Source of the DNA: Thermoanaerobaculia bacterium
Lineage (GTDB): Bacteria; Acidobacteriota; Thermoanaerobaculia; Multivoradales; Multivoraceae
Direction: 5' to 3'
Assembly: GCA_963664405.1 (NCBI GenBank)
Contig: OY761158.1
Span: forward strand, 1 to 64,000
Length of the DNA stretch: 64,000 nucleotides
Numbering within the stretch: the stretch's first letter is position 1; each line of letters starts with the position of its first letter. Shown one piece after another: positions 1-11,107 of this stretch. The notes under the pieces were generated by a model. The model ran no database searches, was not told where the DNA came from, and saw only the letters and a program-made list of their open reading frames with translations. Made by a program: the position numbers and the translations under genes.

Positions 1-153
1 TGAGGCTCAGAGCATCATCGGGGGTGTTCGCGTCGAGCTGCGTCGTCGACTCGACACCTTATTCGACGGAGTCGACTTCGAGACCATGGACTCCGCCGCC
101 CAGGCCAACGCTGTTGCCCACTCACTCGTCGGCGACGCCGAGCTGCTTGCCAA

Positions 154-1713
154 CTAGACCAGCGGAGCCAGGCGGACGATCTGCCCGCCCGAAGCGTTCT
201 CCAGAAGGAGCAGAATGTCGCCGGAGGGACTCACCTCGACGTCTCTGATTCGCGCGAGATTCTCGACCACCGTCTCGCGGTGCGAGAGGCTGCCATCCTC
301 GATCACGAAGCGATAGAGGTCCGCGCCCTTCAGAGAACCGACCAGGAGGTGGCCGCGCCACTTCGGAAATGCATCGGCGTCGTAAACGACGAAACTGGAT
401 ACCGCCACCGACGGGGTAAGGTCGACGACGGGCTGCTCGATCTCGTCGAGGTCGTACTCGATGCCGAGCCCCTCGCCATCGACCGGCTTGCCGTTGTAGT
501 GCACACCCCTGGAGGTCACCGGCCAGCCGTAGTTGAGGCCAGGTAGGAGCAGGTTCACCTCGTCGCCGCCTCGCGGCCCCATCTCGGTCCCCCACAGTTT
601 GCCGCTCAGCGGATCGTATTCGAGACCTTGCGGGCTGCGATGGCCGTAGGTCCAGGTGGTCTTGACCGCATTGGGCACGGTGAGGAAGGGGTTGTCCTCG
701 GGCACTCGCCCGTCGTCGTGGACGCGGTGGATCTTGCCGTAGGGAAGATCCAGCTCCTGAGGCCCGACATGTCCGCCCATCACGCCGACACTGAGGAAGA
801 GGTGGCCGGCGTGGTCGAAGGCGATCCGCCCGCCGCCCGCCATGTCGGTACCCGGCGTATAGAGCTCTCGGTCCACCGCCCAGAGGGTCTCCTCGTCAAC
901 CCAGTGGCCGTCGCGAATGCGCGCGCGGATCAGCTTGACCATCGACACCGGAGGCTTCCGGCCGCTGCGACTGATCTCGTTGCAGTCGCTGCAGCGATCG
1001 CCGTAGGAAAGGTAGATCCACCCGTTGTCCTCGAAGTCGGGATGGAGCGCTACGTCCATGATCCAGCCATTGCCGCTGCGGAGGATCCCGGTATTGCGAG
1101 CGTCGCTGTAGCCCTCTGGCGCGCCGGCGATGAGGCCGGACTGCTCTCCGTCGGCCGAGATGAGGGTCAGGCCGCGCATCTTCTCGGTCAGCAGGATGCG
1201 ACCGTCGGGTAGCGGAGCGATGGAATACGGCAAGGGGTCGAGACCCTCGATGACGGTCTCGAGACGAAAGTCGTGGAGCTCGCTCGACAGAGTGCCGCTG
1301 GGCACCTCGAGGGGCGCAGCGATTCTGAAGTCGGCCCAGGTGGTCTCGGCGCGCTCTTCGGAGATGAAGATGGCGAGAGTCCTGATCTGGTTGTCGCTGA
1401 GCTCGCTGGAGAACTCCTCCATGCTGGTGCCGGGGACTCCCTTGCTGATGGTCTGTATCAGCTCTGCCATGGAATCGCCGTGCATGAGATCGACGCCTAC
1501 TAAGGGCGTTCCCTGGCTTTCGCCCGTGAGGTCGGCTCCGTGGCACACCGAGCAGTATTCTGTAAACAGTCCAGCGAAGGCCGCTGTTCCCCCACGATTC
1601 CCCGCTAGCAATACCACGGTCTCGCTGGTAGGATTTTGAGACGGCTGTGCTATCGCCGCCGTAGCGCTGACTACGCAGCACGCGGTGATTACGAATCGAC
1701 GGATATCGCTCAT
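154..1713 (-). CDS. PQQ-dependent glucose/sorbosone dehydrogenase-family protein with N-terminal cytochrome c domain
   Basis: Signal peptide, CSVCH heme motif, GSDH-type motifs (GGGRIAF, YGHRSPQGL, EMGPRGGDEVN, NYGWP); ATG at 1713 preceded by GGAG. Confidence 0.85.
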   Translation of the reverse strand: MSDIRRFVITACCVVSATAAIAQPSQNPTSETVVLLAGNRGGTAAFAGLFTEYCSVCHGADLTGESQGTPLVGVDLMHGDSMAELIQTISKGVPGTSMEEFSSELSDNQIRTLAIFISEERAETTWADFRIAAPLEVPSGTLSSELHDFRLETVIEGLDPLPYSIAPLPDGRILLTEKMRGLTLISADGEQSGLIAGAPEGYSDARNTGILRSGNGWIMDVALHPDFEDNGWIYLSYGDRCSDCNEISRSGRKPPVSMVKLIRARIRDGHWVDEETLWAVDRELYTPGTDMAGGGRIAFDHAGHLFLSVGVMGGHVGPQELDLPYGKIHRVHDDGRVPEDNPFLTVPNAVKTTWTYGHRSPQGLEYDPLSGKLWGTEMGPRGGDEVNLLLPGLNYGWPVTSRGVHYNGKPVDGEGLGIEYDLDEIEQPVVDLTPSVAVSSFVVYDADAFPKWRGHLLVGSLKGADLYRFVIEDGSLSHRETVVENLARIRDVEVSPSGDILLLLENASGGQIVRLAPLV

Positions 1714-1982
1714 GAAAAAGTCTCCTCTCGGTGCCATCTCGGCGCGCGCCCCCGTCGCGTTCGATGTTGGGGCGGAACTATAGCCTAGGCCTTGATTCAT
1801 GCGCGCTCGCTCGGCGAATCACGGGCTGGTACTCTGCTTCCGTAGGGAGGCCGTTGTGGAAACGCGCGCTTACTTTGTAGTTGGCGATCTACTGTCGACC
1901 TGCGCGATCGGCACTGCCGTCGGCGGGGTCACCGGTCTGGCAGTGCCGGCAGGCTGGTCGATGCCGATGGGCATGATCACGG

Positions 1983-2863
1983 TTGGACAACATGCTCTCC
2001 TGGCCGCACAGCGGCTTCTCGACCCACGGCTCGGTGCGGGCTGAGGACCGCCAGGGCGCGGTACGACTCGGCCGAACCATGATTCGTTGCCCCCTCGTCC
2101 TCGCCCGTCTGGAGTGGGATGCTGAGAGCGGAGAGGTCGTCTACTCGGCGCGGCCACGGCGCACGGCCAGCCCCTACGGCACTGTGGCCCGCTGGGATGT
2201 CCTGGACTTCATCGCCCGTCTCACCCAGCACATTCCCGACCCCTCGCAGCAGCTCGTGAGGTACTGGGGATTCTACTCAAACGCTGCCCGGGGCAAGCGC
2301 CGCCGCGCTCCCCACTCCGGTGACACGTCACAGGTCGCCGAGACCACCGCCAGCACAGGGAACAGGACCCGGCGGCGGAGCATCAGCTGGGCTCGCCTGC
2401 TGCGCAAGGTGTACGAGATCGATCCCCTGCTGTGCTCGTACTGCGGCGGCGAAGTGAGAATCGTGGCCTTCGTCACCAAGCTCTCTTCCATCCGCAGGTT
2501 GTTGGCGGGAATCCAGGCGGAACCCCAACAGCCGGAGCCCCTCGCTCACTCACCGCCAGCCCCCGAGCTGGTCTATGAGCCTGTCTGAGACACCCATCCC
2601 TGCCGACACAAAGAGCGCCTGACGCTCCCGGGGAACCCGACGCTCCCGGGGGACCCTCGACTCCTCTGGCCCCCCTCCGGGGACTCCTGGGGGCCCCGCT
2701 GCCGCGCACGCCCCCAAGCACTCTCGCGACCCACCTGCCGCCAGGCCCGCGCACTCTAATCCCGCTGTCGAGCCGCCGAGAAGTCACCCCCAGGACCTCC
2801 AGCTCTCGCCCAGGCCTCCGAAAACCCTCATGCTCCTCATGCTCAGAAAAGCGATTTCCTACC
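1983..2863 (+). mobile_element. 5'-truncated IS91/ISCR-family (HUH Y2) transposase (to 2588) with downstream oriIS-like end
   Basis: HSGFSTH, LDFIARLTQHIPDP-VRYWGFYSN, WARLLRKVYEIDPLLC-CGG motifs; ends in AAAAGCGATTTCCTACCC at about 2847-2864, resembling ISCR oriIS. Confidence 0.8.
2621..2656 (+). repeat. Tandem 18-bp direct repeat GACGCTCCCGGGG(A/G)ACCC x2
   Basis: Read directly, in the non-coding tail of the IS91-like element. Confidence 0.8.
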
Positions 2864-2891
2864 CGTCTCTTTTCCGCTGACGGCTCTCTCC

Positions 2892-3770
2892 ATGGGCGAG
2901 GCGCTGAGTCGGCTCGGGGCTCGGGGCCGCTGGCTGTGGGGAGTGACGGCGGTTCTGTTCGCCATGGCTCCGACGCCGGGACGCGTCGCCGATGCCCGGC
3001 GGGTGACCCTATGGCCAGCCCCTCTGATCTGGCTCGAAGCGCCCCGCGGCGCTCCGGGCTCGCCCCGGCCCCTCGACCTGGGTTCTCTGTCAGTGGTCAG
3101 CGAGCGTCGCGCGCCGTGGCGCTTCTCGAGCTACGCACTGCTCGAGCGCGCGCGTCGGGAATCGGTGCCCACGCGTGAGCTCGGTCCCGGGACCTTCGCC
3201 GGCGATCGCGGCGCGCTCCTCTTCTACAGCGGGGTCGAGGAGGCTCCGGCCCGCTTCAGGGCGATCCCGCTCGGCAACCTGCTGCACAAGCAGGTGGCGT
3301 ATCTACCCATCTACGCCTTCGCCGAGCTCTGGCCTCTGGTGCAGGTCGACGAGGTCGGCCCCTTGGCGGGACACACGCTCTATCGAGCGCGTCTCGCCGA
3401 AGGCAGGGACCGTTGGATTCTGGCGGCACGTGTCGCCAGTCCTGCTGCGCAGACCGTGAGGCGTCGGGCGGCGAGCCGCGCCCCCGCCGCGGGGGCCGCC
3501 GAAGCCTCCACCAAGGCGAGGCGGCTCGCCGACGCGCTCGAGGGACGCCATGTGGTGCTCTATGCGGGCGAGCAGGGCCTCGAGCGGTGGCAGGCGCTCC
3601 TGCCGCTCTTCCTGCGACGGACCCCGGAGCTCGTGGTCGTGGAGCCCGCGCGGGCGGCGGAGGTCCGGCGGACTCTCGGTCCTGGAAGGCCGGCTGGCGA
3701 GGTTGCCGGCGTGCCGCTCGCCGAGCACCGGCTCTTCGACTGGGACTGGGTCGTCGCCGGCGAGAGGTAG
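2892..3770 (+). CDS. Hypothetical protein, possible N-terminal signal/TM segment
   Basis: 292-aa ORF with GC-rich codon usage; no family recognised. Confidence 0.55.
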   Translation: MGEALSRLGARGRWLWGVTAVLFAMAPTPGRVADARRVTLWPAPLIWLEAPRGAPGSPRPLDLGSLSVVSERRAPWRFSSYALLERARRESVPTRELGPGTFAGDRGALLFYSGVEEAPARFRAIPLGNLLHKQVAYLPIYAFAELWPLVQVDEVGPLAGHTLYRARLAEGRDRWILAARVASPAAQTVRRRAASRAPAAGAAEASTKARRLADALEGRHVVLYAGEQGLERWQALLPLFLRRTPELVVVEPARAAEVRRTLGPGRPAGEVAGVPLAEHRLFDWDWVVAGER

Positions 3771-3903
3771 GGGTCAGCGAACGCGGACGGCGCGTGCCGA
3801 GCCCGCACGATTTCGCTATACTTGTAGCGGAACCACGGTGGGATCAAGGGGGGATACTGTGGCCCTGACAAGGATGTACAAACCCGAGGGACGGGAGCGC
3901 GGC

Positions 3904-4653
3904 ATGAAGAGATTCGCCGGACCTTTATCGATCATCGTTGTTCTGGTCTTCGCCGACCCCGGTTTCGCGGCCGAGGGCGACGGCATCCCGCGCACCGCGA
4001 GTGGTCGCCCGGACTTGACGGGCAACTACAATGCCGCCACGTTGACGCCGCTGCAGCGTCCGGAAAAGTACGGCGACAACCTCTTTTTGACTCGGGAGGA
4101 AGCCGCGAAGATCGAGGCCGAGGAGGCCTTGGTGATCGAGGCGCGCTCTCAGGACAGCGACCCGAATCGGGAGGCGCCGCCGGAGGGTGGCGACGGATCG
4201 ATTTCAGGCTACGGCAACGTCGGTGGCTACAACTTCTTCTGGATCGACCGCGGGAGCGATGCCTTTGCGGTGGAGGGGAAGTTTCGCACCTCGATCCTCA
4301 TCGATCCGCCGAACGGCCGCTATCCGCAAATGACCGAGAAGGCGGCCCGCAGGTGGGCGAAGCGCGAGTCGCTCCTACAGCCCCAGCGTGGGGGCAACGA
4401 CGGTAGCGCATGGTGGCTCGATATCGACGGACCCGGTCCCTTCGACGGTCCGGAGTCCCTTCCCGCTCAAGCTCGTTGCATCGTGGGGTTCACCGGTGCC
4501 ACGCCGACGCTCCCGGGCAGCTACAACAACTACAAGACGATCGTGCAGACCGACGAAACCGTGATGATCTTGATCGAGATGGTGCACGACGCGCGCATCG
4601 TGCGCATGAATTCCGAGCATCCGCCGGCCGAGACCCGGGGCTGCCGGTCGTGA
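3904..4653 (+). pseudogene. 3'-truncated secreted protein of the PRTxxGRPDL type; homolog of 37463-38440
   Basis: Signal peptide then IPRTASGRPDLTGNY..TPLQRP; similarity to the homolog stops near 4635. Confidence 0.7.
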
Positions 4654-4739
4654 ACCTCTTCGGCCGGCCGCCTCGCGGCTGAGCGGCAGAAAGAGGAAGG
4701 GCGCTGCCCGAAGCGTATAAGAAGCAACTCCCGAGTGCA

Positions 4740-5111
4740 CGCTCCGTAGCGTTCGGTGGTTGCCGAGACGACCTTGAAATCCCACGGGTTGAGTCGCCAA
4801 CTCTGCGCCCAGTAGTGCAGCGTCGTGCCACCGACGGCGTTCATCATGGGGTGCCCGCCCCCTTGGACTGCCGTGTCGGCTCGGGTGCGTCGCAGCGTCG
4901 GCACTTCCTGGTTGCACTTTTGCACTGAAAAGGGCCAGCCGCGCATGTTGTTCCGTAACTCGTCTGGAGCAAAGTCGCGTGGGGTCAGCCGGCCGCCCGC
5001 CTCGAGCCCAACGATGTCGAGTCCGGCGTCTGCGAGAGGTAGAACTGCGACACCGCCGGCCGCGCCAAGGCCCACGACCACAACGTCTGTTCCGGGCAGC
5101 CTAGTCGCCAT
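4740..5111 (-). pseudogene. N-terminal fragment of a GMC-family (gluconate dehydrogenase-like) oxidoreductase
   Basis: VVVVGLGAAGG FAD-binding motif and VGGTTLHYWA; breaks off after about 120 aa. Confidence 0.8.
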
Positions 5112-5254
5112 AGCGGGCCTCCTTGGTCGCCGAGTGGGCAACGGCCTTTTCGAAGTTCTCCGAATCGTAGGCTGATCGATGACTCGGCGTCAGCGCACCG
5201 GCCTCAAGCTGTGTCTGCAACCGTGGCCAGACGGCCGGCCGGACACCTGGATAC

Positions 5255-6221
5255 TTGATCAGCCGCGAAGGCGGCTGAGCTTCTCTTTCGCCACAAGGTC
5301 ATCGCCCTTCTGCGAGACGAGGAGCTACTGAGCGAGGAGCGGATCGAGCTGCTGCTCTCCTGGCAGAACACCGGGCGCCCGGCTAGGGATTCTCGGTCCA
5401 TAACACGGTCACCGTGGGGGCGGACGATGCTGCGGGCACCGAGCGGCTTGCTCGCTACCTGCTTCGTCCGCCGCTCAGTCTCGAGCGGATGTCCTTGGAC
5501 GCCGATGGCTCTGTTCTCTACCGTCGCAAGGCCCGGGGTCGATTCGGTGGGTCCCAGACCACCTTTGATGCGATGGACTTCCTCGCCCGTCTGCTGATGC
5601 ACGACGGGGCCGCCTAGGCCTCAGCCGAAGCTTCACACGGTGCGCTACTACGGCGAGTACTCGAGCGTTGCACGCGCGCGGCGGCGAGGCGAGAAAGTGG
5701 AAGACGAGGCCAGTGCTGCGACGACCCTGTTGCCCTCCGCTGCCGAGCGTCGTCGGCTAAGACGAGCCTGGGCCCAGATGATCCGCCGGATCTACGAGGT
5801 CGACCCGCTGACCTGTCGATGCGGCGCACAGATGAGGATCCTCTCGGGGCCGCCCTAGGCCTTCATCCTCGACCCCCGAGTTGTCGCCAAGATCCTCCGG
5901 CACATCGCTGATGAGAAGGCCAACGCTCGAGAGCGCGCTCCACCAGCGTCTGTTCTCGCCTCTTGACCGACCGGCGACGACGGGCACGAGTTCCAGCCCA
6001 GTGGACTGATCCCGATCACGGGCCGGCGGAGCTGTGCTCCTGCTCAGACGAGTCAGCAGCCCAAGGCGTCGACCTCCGTCACGGCGGCGCGACCCTCGGC
6101 TGATCTCATTGTTCGGAGAGCCTCGAACTATGCATCACGCACCGATGTCCACCCTTCTAACGCTCGGCCACGCTCGGCCAGCGCGATACGATCGGTGGCC
6201 CTGAAAAGGAAATCCCTATCC
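5255..6221 (+). mobile_element. Degraded IS91/ISCR-family transposase (3' part, ends 5966) with three short insertions and an oriIS-like end
   Basis: WQNTG|FSVHN, ERLARYLLRPPLS, DFLARLLMH|PQPKLHTVRYYGEYS, WAQMIRRIYEVDPLTCRCG across frames; ends AAAAGGAAATCCCTATCC followed by CTTG. Confidence 0.8.
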
Positions 6222-6287
6222 CTTGGCGATGCCCTCGTCGATATCACGGACACGGACGACAATATGATCTACCCCGGTGAATCCCAT
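6222..6287 (-). pseudogene. N-terminal stub of a VOC/glyoxalase-family gene cut by the IS end
   Basis: MGFTGVDHIVVRVRDIDEGIAK, with GAAGGAAG upstream; stops at the oriIS junction. Confidence 0.65.
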
Positions 6288-6423
6288 TCGCTTCTTCCTT
6301 TCTTCAGTTGGTTCGGATCGCCATGCTGGCTCATCGCCGCGGTGGCAGTCAACCGCCTCATTGGTAGCTGTGGCCGGTCCCTTCATGTAGGCTGTCGCGG
6401 CGACTGTTCTTAGGAGTCTGATA

Positions 6424-8298
6424 GTGCTGATGCGAATGATGCTGATGGGCATCCTGACCGTGCCCTTGCTGAGCCCGAGTCGGGCGCAAGAATCGTACTC
6501 GCCCGAGGTGTCGCGCACCTACCCCGACCGCGTCTATTGGGGCGACACCCATCTGCACACCGCTCTCTCGGGGGATGCGATGGCTGGAGGTACGCGTCTG
6601 GGCCCCGATGAGGCTTACCGCTTTGCGCGTGGTGAAGAGGTCACGAGCAACACCGGGCTGCCAGCGAAGCTGCGCCGGCCGCTCGATTTCATCGTTGTCG
6701 CGGACCATGCCAATAACGTCGGCGCTGCCTATTCGCGTCACTTCTACCTGGAAGACCCGGCATTCCGAGAGACCGAGATCGGGCGGTCGTGGCAGCGAGC
6801 ACTCGCCGATCTCGAGCAGCGTGACGATATCGATCAAGAGGCTCTCGAGAGTGGCTCGCTGCGTCCGGCCCATCGACCCTGGCAGATCTCGGTTCGAGAC
6901 GAAGCTTTCCGCCGATCGGTTTGGCATCAGATCACCGGTAACGCCGACCGCTACAACGAGCCCGGTGTTTTCACCGCCTTCATCGGCTACGAGTGGACGC
7001 CTTTCGGCGATTCCGACCACCGGGTCGTCATCTTTCGCGACGATGCCGCGACAGCGAATCGAGTGCTGCCTTTCAGCTCTTTCGACAGTAGAAGAGAAGA
7101 AGAGCTCTGGGCCTACCTGGTGAAGTATGAGGCCGAGACCCAGGGGTCGGTTCTTGCGATTCCCCACAACGGCAATCTGACCAGCGGCAATATGTTCCGG
7201 TTGGAGGACTCCTACGGTCAGCCGCTGACCGCTGCCTATTCACGGCTACGCTCGCGCTGGGAGCCCCTACTCGAAGCGACCCAGATCAAAGGTGACAGCG
7301 AGACCCATCCCTACTTGTCACCCACCGACGAGTTTGCCGACTACGAGACCTGGAATGGCTGGGGCGGGACGAGAGGCAACAGGCCGGGTGCTGACGGTGT
7401 CCGGCCACCCGCGCGGGCGAACGAGAAGATCCAGTACGAGTATGCTCGCTCGGCCCTCAAGCTCGGTCTCGCGGAGCAGGCGGAAAAGGGCGCCAACCCG
7501 TTTAAGTACGGCATGATCGGCAGCTCGGACGCGCACACCTCGCTGGCCGCGGTCGACGAAGACAATTTCTTCGGCAAAGTAACAGCCGGTGAACCGAGCG
7601 CGCAGCGACTATCCAACGAGAGGCTGATGACCAGTTGGGAGATGGCCGCGTCCGGCTATGCGGCGGTGTGGGCGACCGAGAACACCCGTGAGGCCCTCTT
7701 CGATGCGATGCGGCGTCGAGAAGCGTACGCAACGACGGGACCCCGCATGACGGTACGCCTTTTCGGCGGCTGGGACTTCGTGTCCGCGGACGCCGACCGG
7801 CGAGACCCGGCGAGCGTGGGCTACGAGAAGGGCGTGCCGATGGGCGGCGATCTGGCGCAGGCGCCGCGAGGCAAGAGCCCCAGTTTTCTGATCCGGGCGG
7901 TGAAGGATCCGGACGGTGCAAACCTCGACCGGGTCCAGGTGATCAAGGGCTGGCGCTCGAGCGGCGGCGAGCTGCACGAGAAGGTCTACAGCGTCGCCCT
8001 TTCGGACGGGCGGGTGGTCGCTCGCGACGGCAAGGTGGAGCCGGTCGGCAACACGGTCGACGTCGCCGAAGCGACCTACTTGAACAGTATCGGTGATCCG
8101 GAGCTGGCCGTCGTTTGGCGGGACCCAGAGTTCAAGCCGGAGGAGCACGCCTTCTACTACCTGCGCGTTCTCGAGATCCCGACCCCGCGCTGGACCGCCT
8201 ACGACGCCAAGTTCTATGGGATTACGGATGTTCCCGACGGCATTCCGATGATCACCCAGGAGCGGGCCTACAGCTCTCCGATCTGGTACACGCCCTAG
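6424..8298 (+). CDS. DUF3604-family secreted PHP-like metalloprotein
   Basis: VYWGDTHLHTALSGDA, IPHNGN, GMIGSSDAH, YATTGPR, QERAYSSPIWY motifs. Confidence 0.9.
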   Translation: MLMRMMLMGILTVPLLSPSRAQESYSPEVSRTYPDRVYWGDTHLHTALSGDAMAGGTRLGPDEAYRFARGEEVTSNTGLPAKLRRPLDFIVVADHANNVGAAYSRHFYLEDPAFRETEIGRSWQRALADLEQRDDIDQEALESGSLRPAHRPWQISVRDEAFRRSVWHQITGNADRYNEPGVFTAFIGYEWTPFGDSDHRVVIFRDDAATANRVLPFSSFDSRREEELWAYLVKYEAETQGSVLAIPHNGNLTSGNMFRLEDSYGQPLTAAYSRLRSRWEPLLEATQIKGDSETHPYLSPTDEFADYETWNGWGGTRGNRPGADGVRPPARANEKIQYEYARSALKLGLAEQAEKGANPFKYGMIGSSDAHTSLAAVDEDNFFGKVTAGEPSAQRLSNERLMTSWEMAASGYAAVWATENTREALFDAMRRREAYATTGPRMTVRLFGGWDFVSADADRRDPASVGYEKGVPMGGDLAQAPRGKSPSFLIRAVKDPDGANLDRVQVIKGWRSSGGELHEKVYSVALSDGRVVARDGKVEPVGNTVDVAEATYLNSIGDPELAVVWRDPEFKPEEHAFYYLRVLEIPTPRWTAYDAKFYGITDVPDGIPMITQERAYSSPIWYTP

Positions 8299-8570
8299 GA
8301 GCGTGTCCGAGTAAGTGGTGATAGCGGCGTTTGGGGTGTGGACACTGAGACAAAGAGGAGCGTCATAGGCATTGAGATCCATGGAAGGCGCAAGCAACGG
8401 GATCAGCCGTGGGCTGGTTGGTGTGCGCGAGGGTCAAGAGTGCTCCCCACGGGGTTTAGACGGCTGCGTGTGCGAGCTTGAGCAGATTGTGTGCGGTGCA
8501 GACGAGACTCCATTGATCGGTGACCTTCTCGACTCCGCGCAACAAGACCTGTCGGAATCTGCCCGGATTC
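8299..8570. mobile_element. Probable IS-end remnant (possibly IS5-like) replacing the 5' end of the mutase gene
   Basis: Begins CTAG|GAGCGTGTCCGAGTAAG directly at the DUF3604 stop; lower GC; fuses into the mutase frame. Confidence 0.35.
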
Positions 8571-10214
8571 GACGAGGCGCAAGATCGGTGGCGTCAGGAA
8601 TATGCGCAACAAATGGAGCGTGAGCGAACGATCGTGAATCGCTCCGGCATCGAGATCGAGCCGCTGTACACGCCGAAGGACTGGTCGTCAGAACGCTACA
8701 TGCAGGATCTGCGCTTCCCGGGCCAGCCTCCCTTCGCCCGCGGGATCTACCCGACCATGCATCGCGGCCGCACCTGGACGCAGCGGCAGCTCATCGGACT
8801 GGGGACGCCGACGGATTACAACCAGCGTGTCAGGAGACTTCTCGAACTCGGCACGAACGCCATCAGCCTCTTGCCGTGCAACTCGGTCTTTCGCGGCGTT
8901 GATTGCGACGAGGCGCCGCTTCCGCTGCTGGGCACCTGCGGCACGGTGGTCGACACCACCGATCACATGGAGGCCGCGCTCGACGGTGTCCCGCTGGGGG
9001 AGATTTCGACTTCGATCAACGACCCGACACCGTTTACGCTGTTTGCCTTCCTGCTTGGCGTTGCCAAACGACGCGGCGTCCCGTTCGAGAAGATCACGGG
9101 GACGTCGAACCAGTCCGATTACATTTCACATTATGTGGCGAACCACATGTTCTACCGGATCTCTCAGCCCGGCTCGCGGCGATTGCTGGTCGACCATGTG
9201 GCCTATTGCCGCGAGCAGGTGCCGAACTGGAACCCGGTCTCCGTGGTCGGCCAACACATGCAGCAGGCGGGCGCGACGCCGGCCGAGACCATGGGCTTCG
9301 CCCTTTCGACCGCGATTCAGTACGCGGAGGATTTTATCGCTGCGGGCATGGCTCCCGACACCGTGCTGCCGCGCTTCACCTTCTTCTTCGACGTCTCGAT
9401 CTCGTTCTTCGAGGAGATCGCCAAGTTCCGGGCAGGCCGACGCATTTGGTCGCGCATCGCCAAAGACCGGCTCGGTGCGAAGGATCCCCGCTCCTGGCGC
9501 TTCAAGTTTCACGGGCAGACGTCCGGCGTCGATCTCACCGCCCAACAGCCGCTCAACAACATCGCCCGCGTCGCGGTTCAGGCGGCCGCCGGGATCTTCT
9601 CCGGACTTCAGTCGATGCATACCGACGCCTACGACGAGGCGATCACCTGTCCGACCGAAGAGACAGCTCGCATCGCGGTGGCAACCCAGAACATCCTGCG
9701 CGAAGAGGCGCATCTGTGTGATGTTATCGATCCCCTGGGCGGGTCCTACTACGTCGAGGCGCTGACCAATCGCATGGAGCAGGAGATTCTCCAGGTGATG
9801 GAAAAGATCGAGGCCGCCGGCGGCATGTACGAGGCGGTCGGCGCTGGCCTGGTTCAGACCATGATCGGCCGCTCCGCGCTAGCCGCCCAGGAAAGGATCG
9901 AAGCCGGCGACGAATCGATCGTCGGCGTCAATTGCTATCGGTCGGAAGACGACGGTGTCGAGCAGCCCGCGCCCTACCGGCCGGACCCCGAGGCGATGAA
10001 GGCGCACGTGGAGGCGTTCAAGGCATTCAAGGCCGGTCGCAGTCAGGTGGAGGTCGACCGGGCGATTGGTGCGCTACGCGAAGCCGCGAACGACGACAAA
10101 CAGAATGCTTTCGAGAAGGTGGTGGACGCCGCCGGCGCCGGCGTCACACACGGCGAGATCGTCAAGACGCTGCGTACTGAAGTCGGCTTCGGCCATCCTC
10201 TGATCGTGGCCTGA
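8570..10214 (+). CDS. B12-dependent acyl-CoA mutase large (substrate-binding) subunit, native start missing or uncertain; pivalyl-CoA mutase-like residues
   Basis: [57 protein letters not shown]; no DxHxxG cobalamin domain. Confidence 0.85.
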
Positions 10215-10786
10215 TGACAGGGGCGTCAGACACAGCGAGCGGGGCGGTCACGGCCTTCGATCGCCTTCTAGCCGGAGACCCGGGGGCGATGGCGCGCGCC
10301 ATCTCCGTGCTGGAAACCGGTGGCGCCGAGGCGGACGCACTCGCGGCACGGCTGCGTCCCCACGCCGGGCGCGCGCTCGTGGTGGGATTCACCGGTGCGC
10401 CGGGGGCGGGGAAGTCGACCCTGATCAGCGCGTACATCAGCGCGATGCGCGCCGCGGGCGAACGGGTCGCGGTTCTGGCCGTCGACCCATCGAGCCCGCT
10501 GTCGGGCGGCGCGGTGCTCGGCGACCGCACCCGGATGGGCGCCCATACCTCCGACCGTGGGGTCTATATAAGGTCGGTCGCCTCTCGGGGACACCTGGGC
10601 GGTCTCTCGCTCGCCATCGCGTCCATGCTCGACGCGGTCGATGCCGCGGGCTGGCCCACCATCATCCTGGAGACCGTCGGCGCCGGGCAGTCGGAGACCG
10701 AGATCGTCGAGTTTGCGGACGTAAAGGTCGTGCTCAACGCGCCGGGCATGGGCGACGACGTTCAGGCGATCAAGGCTATCCCTTGA
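10214..10786 (+). pseudogene. meaB: 3'-truncated MeaB/ArgK mutase-associated GTPase
   Basis: GAPGAGKST, AVDPSSPLSGGAVLGDRTRM, ETVGAGQSE; stops at DDVQAIKA, about 190 aa. Confidence 0.85.
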
Positions 10787-11067
10787 ACTTCTACAACGAC
10801 GCCTACGCGCGCTCAGGGTTCGAGAAGCCCTGCCACGAGGTGCGTCAGCTCTGGCTTTCGGGAAAGCGCGACGAGGCGGCTCGGGCCGTGCCGGACCACA
10901 TGGTGCAAGGCACGGCAATCCTCGGCGACGAAGCCCACGTTCGTGACAGGCTGCAGAAGTATCGCGACGTCGGCATCACCGAGTTGACGGTCCTCCCGAT
11001 CGGCGACGATGCGACCGCCAGGCTCGATACCCTCGGAAAGGTGGTCGAGATGGCGCGAGAGATCTAG
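10783..11067 (+). pseudogene. C-terminal fragment of an LLM-class (luciferase-like) oxidoreductase
   Basis: NFYNDAYARSGF..EAARAVPD..ILGDEAHVRDRLQKYRDVGIT; no 5' part. Confidence 0.65.
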
Positions 11068-11107
11068 ACCAGCGTTTCCAAAGTTCGCGGCGTCGTGGCC
11101 AGGACTG

